NCBI GenBank assembly: GCA_020536535.1
Contig: JAHLWZ010000856.1
Span: forward strand, 1-64,000
DNA from: Pelomyxa schiedti
Taxonomy: Eukaryota; Protista; Evosea
Length of the DNA stretch: 64,000 nt
Reading direction: 5' to 3'
In this document: piece by piece, positions 63,001-64,000 of the stretch
Numbering within the stretch: position 1 is the first letter of the stretch
How the letters are laid out: the number at the start of each line of letters is the position of its first letter
Made by a program: the position numbers and the translations under genes
Notes under the pieces: generated by a model
Databases searched by the model: none
Told to the model about the DNA's origin: nothing
The model's input: only the letters and a program-made list of their open reading frames with translations

Positions 63001-64000
63001 ATGTCAGACGACGCACAGCAACAAACGCCGATCGCCACACAACAAGCAAATTCGGTCCCCCAAGTGACACCGCAATGCATGTGCGGATCTGCGACAGCTG
63101 CAACCACTACGACCGCGACGACTACGGCTACATCAACGACAGAAACCACCACTGCAGTGACAAAAGAAAACGAAATAATAAGCAGTGTCAATGTCAGTGT
63201 AAGTGGCAACGACAGCGGCGTCACCACTGGGAATCACACCGATACAGAGCCGTGTCTTCCGTCGCCTCTTCGTTTTGAAGATGCAGCAGTTTCGTCGTCG
63301 TCGTACTGCGACGATGGAGTAGCGCCCACGCAGGAGCAACAGCAGGAAATGTTTTTCAACGGGGACTATATCTGTGGTGGCGAGGGCGTGGCGATACGAA
63401 TGTCTGACCTCTCGCACTCGAAGCACCGGCGGGCAGGCCTCCCAGTACCTCACTCGCCCGCTTCTGGCCCTTTTCCGCGTGGCTATTCTGCGTCTTCCGT
63501 GGCTTCACGCTCGTCTTCTACATCGTCGTGCGTGAGCACGTCTGCTTCATCGAGGAGCGCAAGTGTGATGCAGGCTCTCAGTGTAACGCACAGGAAAACT
63601 CACCAGTATGAGTCATCAAACTTGGACAGAAGCGAGAACGCAGTGATCAGAGCCGTGAACTATGCGGAGTCTAACGTGCCAAACTATGGTTCCTCTCTGC
63701 TCTCATTTGAGCAGCGTGTAACAAGTGTGAGGCTGTTTGACTTTGAGTCTTCGTCGTCTATGGCCCTTCAGTGGTGGAAAGACACTGGATCACAATGGTT
63801 GTGCGTTGCTTGCATTGGAGTTTTCACTGCACTGATAGCTTTTCTCGTTTCCGTGATTTCGACTGTTGCCCGCACTGTGATTCTTCGTATTATAAATGCA
63901 ATTGGAAATGACAATGCTGCGAAACACATTGCCAGTTGTTTGGTCTTTGCAACATCTGGGGCAATTTTTGGCACCATTGCGGGCCTAATTCTGCTTCTCT
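63001..64000 (+). CDS. CLC-family chloride channel/exchanger, N-terminal part (runs off window end)
   Basis: Open frame from ATG 63001 to window end; HQYESSNLDRSEN and QWLCVACIGVFTALIAFLV resemble the CLC-6/7 N-terminus. Confidence 0.7.
   Translation, partial: MSDDAQQQTPIATQQANSVPQVTPQCMCGSATAATTTTATTTATSTTETTTAVTKENEIISSVNVSVSGNDSGVTTGNHTDTEPCLPSPLRFEDAAVSSSSYCDDGVAPTQEQQQEMFFNGDYICGGEGVAIRMSDLSHSKHRRAGLPVPHSPASGPFPRGYSASSVASRSSSTSSCVSTSASSRSASVMQALSVTHRKTHQYESSNLDRSENAVIRAVNYAESNVPNYGSSLLSFEQRVTSVRLFDFESSSSMALQWWKDTGSQWLCVACIGVFTALIAFLVSVISTVARTVILRIINAIGNDNAAKHIASCLVFATSGAIFGTIAGLILLL

Noticed and set aside
1-64000. Alternative genetic code or prokaryotic origin of the window
   Set aside because: Stops inside conserved genes are explained by short GT-AG introns, and conserved proteins end at TAA, TAG and TGA

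Overview
Gene-dense eukaryotic DNA with about 29 protein-coding genes, many short (mostly ~40-60 nt) GT-AG introns and very short intergenic spacers. Gene content (RacD-like GTPase; MEKK-alpha-like PB1/kinase/F-box/WD40 protein) points to Amoebozoa, possibly an archamoeba such as Pelomyxa (inference). Most genes are housekeeping or signalling: DPCD, DeSI/PPPDE, RacD, eEF1A-like, cyclin B, TMEM104-like, eIF4A, TTC7, NOPCHAP1, RING E3, Ras, RNASEH2B, DHHC, ArfGAP, importin-alpha, ALG5, F-BAR-SH3, CLC. Four things stand out. (i) Three prokaryote-type genes have acquired spliceosomal introns: AnmK, a clostridial-type MtnA-like isomerase and a stand-alone V4R sensor. (ii) Two unusual fusions: C-CAP-like + WH2/thymosin + SIRT6/7-type sirtuin, and C1 + DCN1. 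(iii) An ATF6-like membrane-tethered bZIP. (iv) A ~4.5 kb intron-free island (44.7-49.2 kb) holds two perfect inverted-repeat elements, a GBP-like GTPase with a Cys-rich tail and an orphan gene. No rRNA, tRNA or CRISPR array was recognised. CDS coordinates span introns and were spliced by eye; family calls come from recalled motifs, not database searches.
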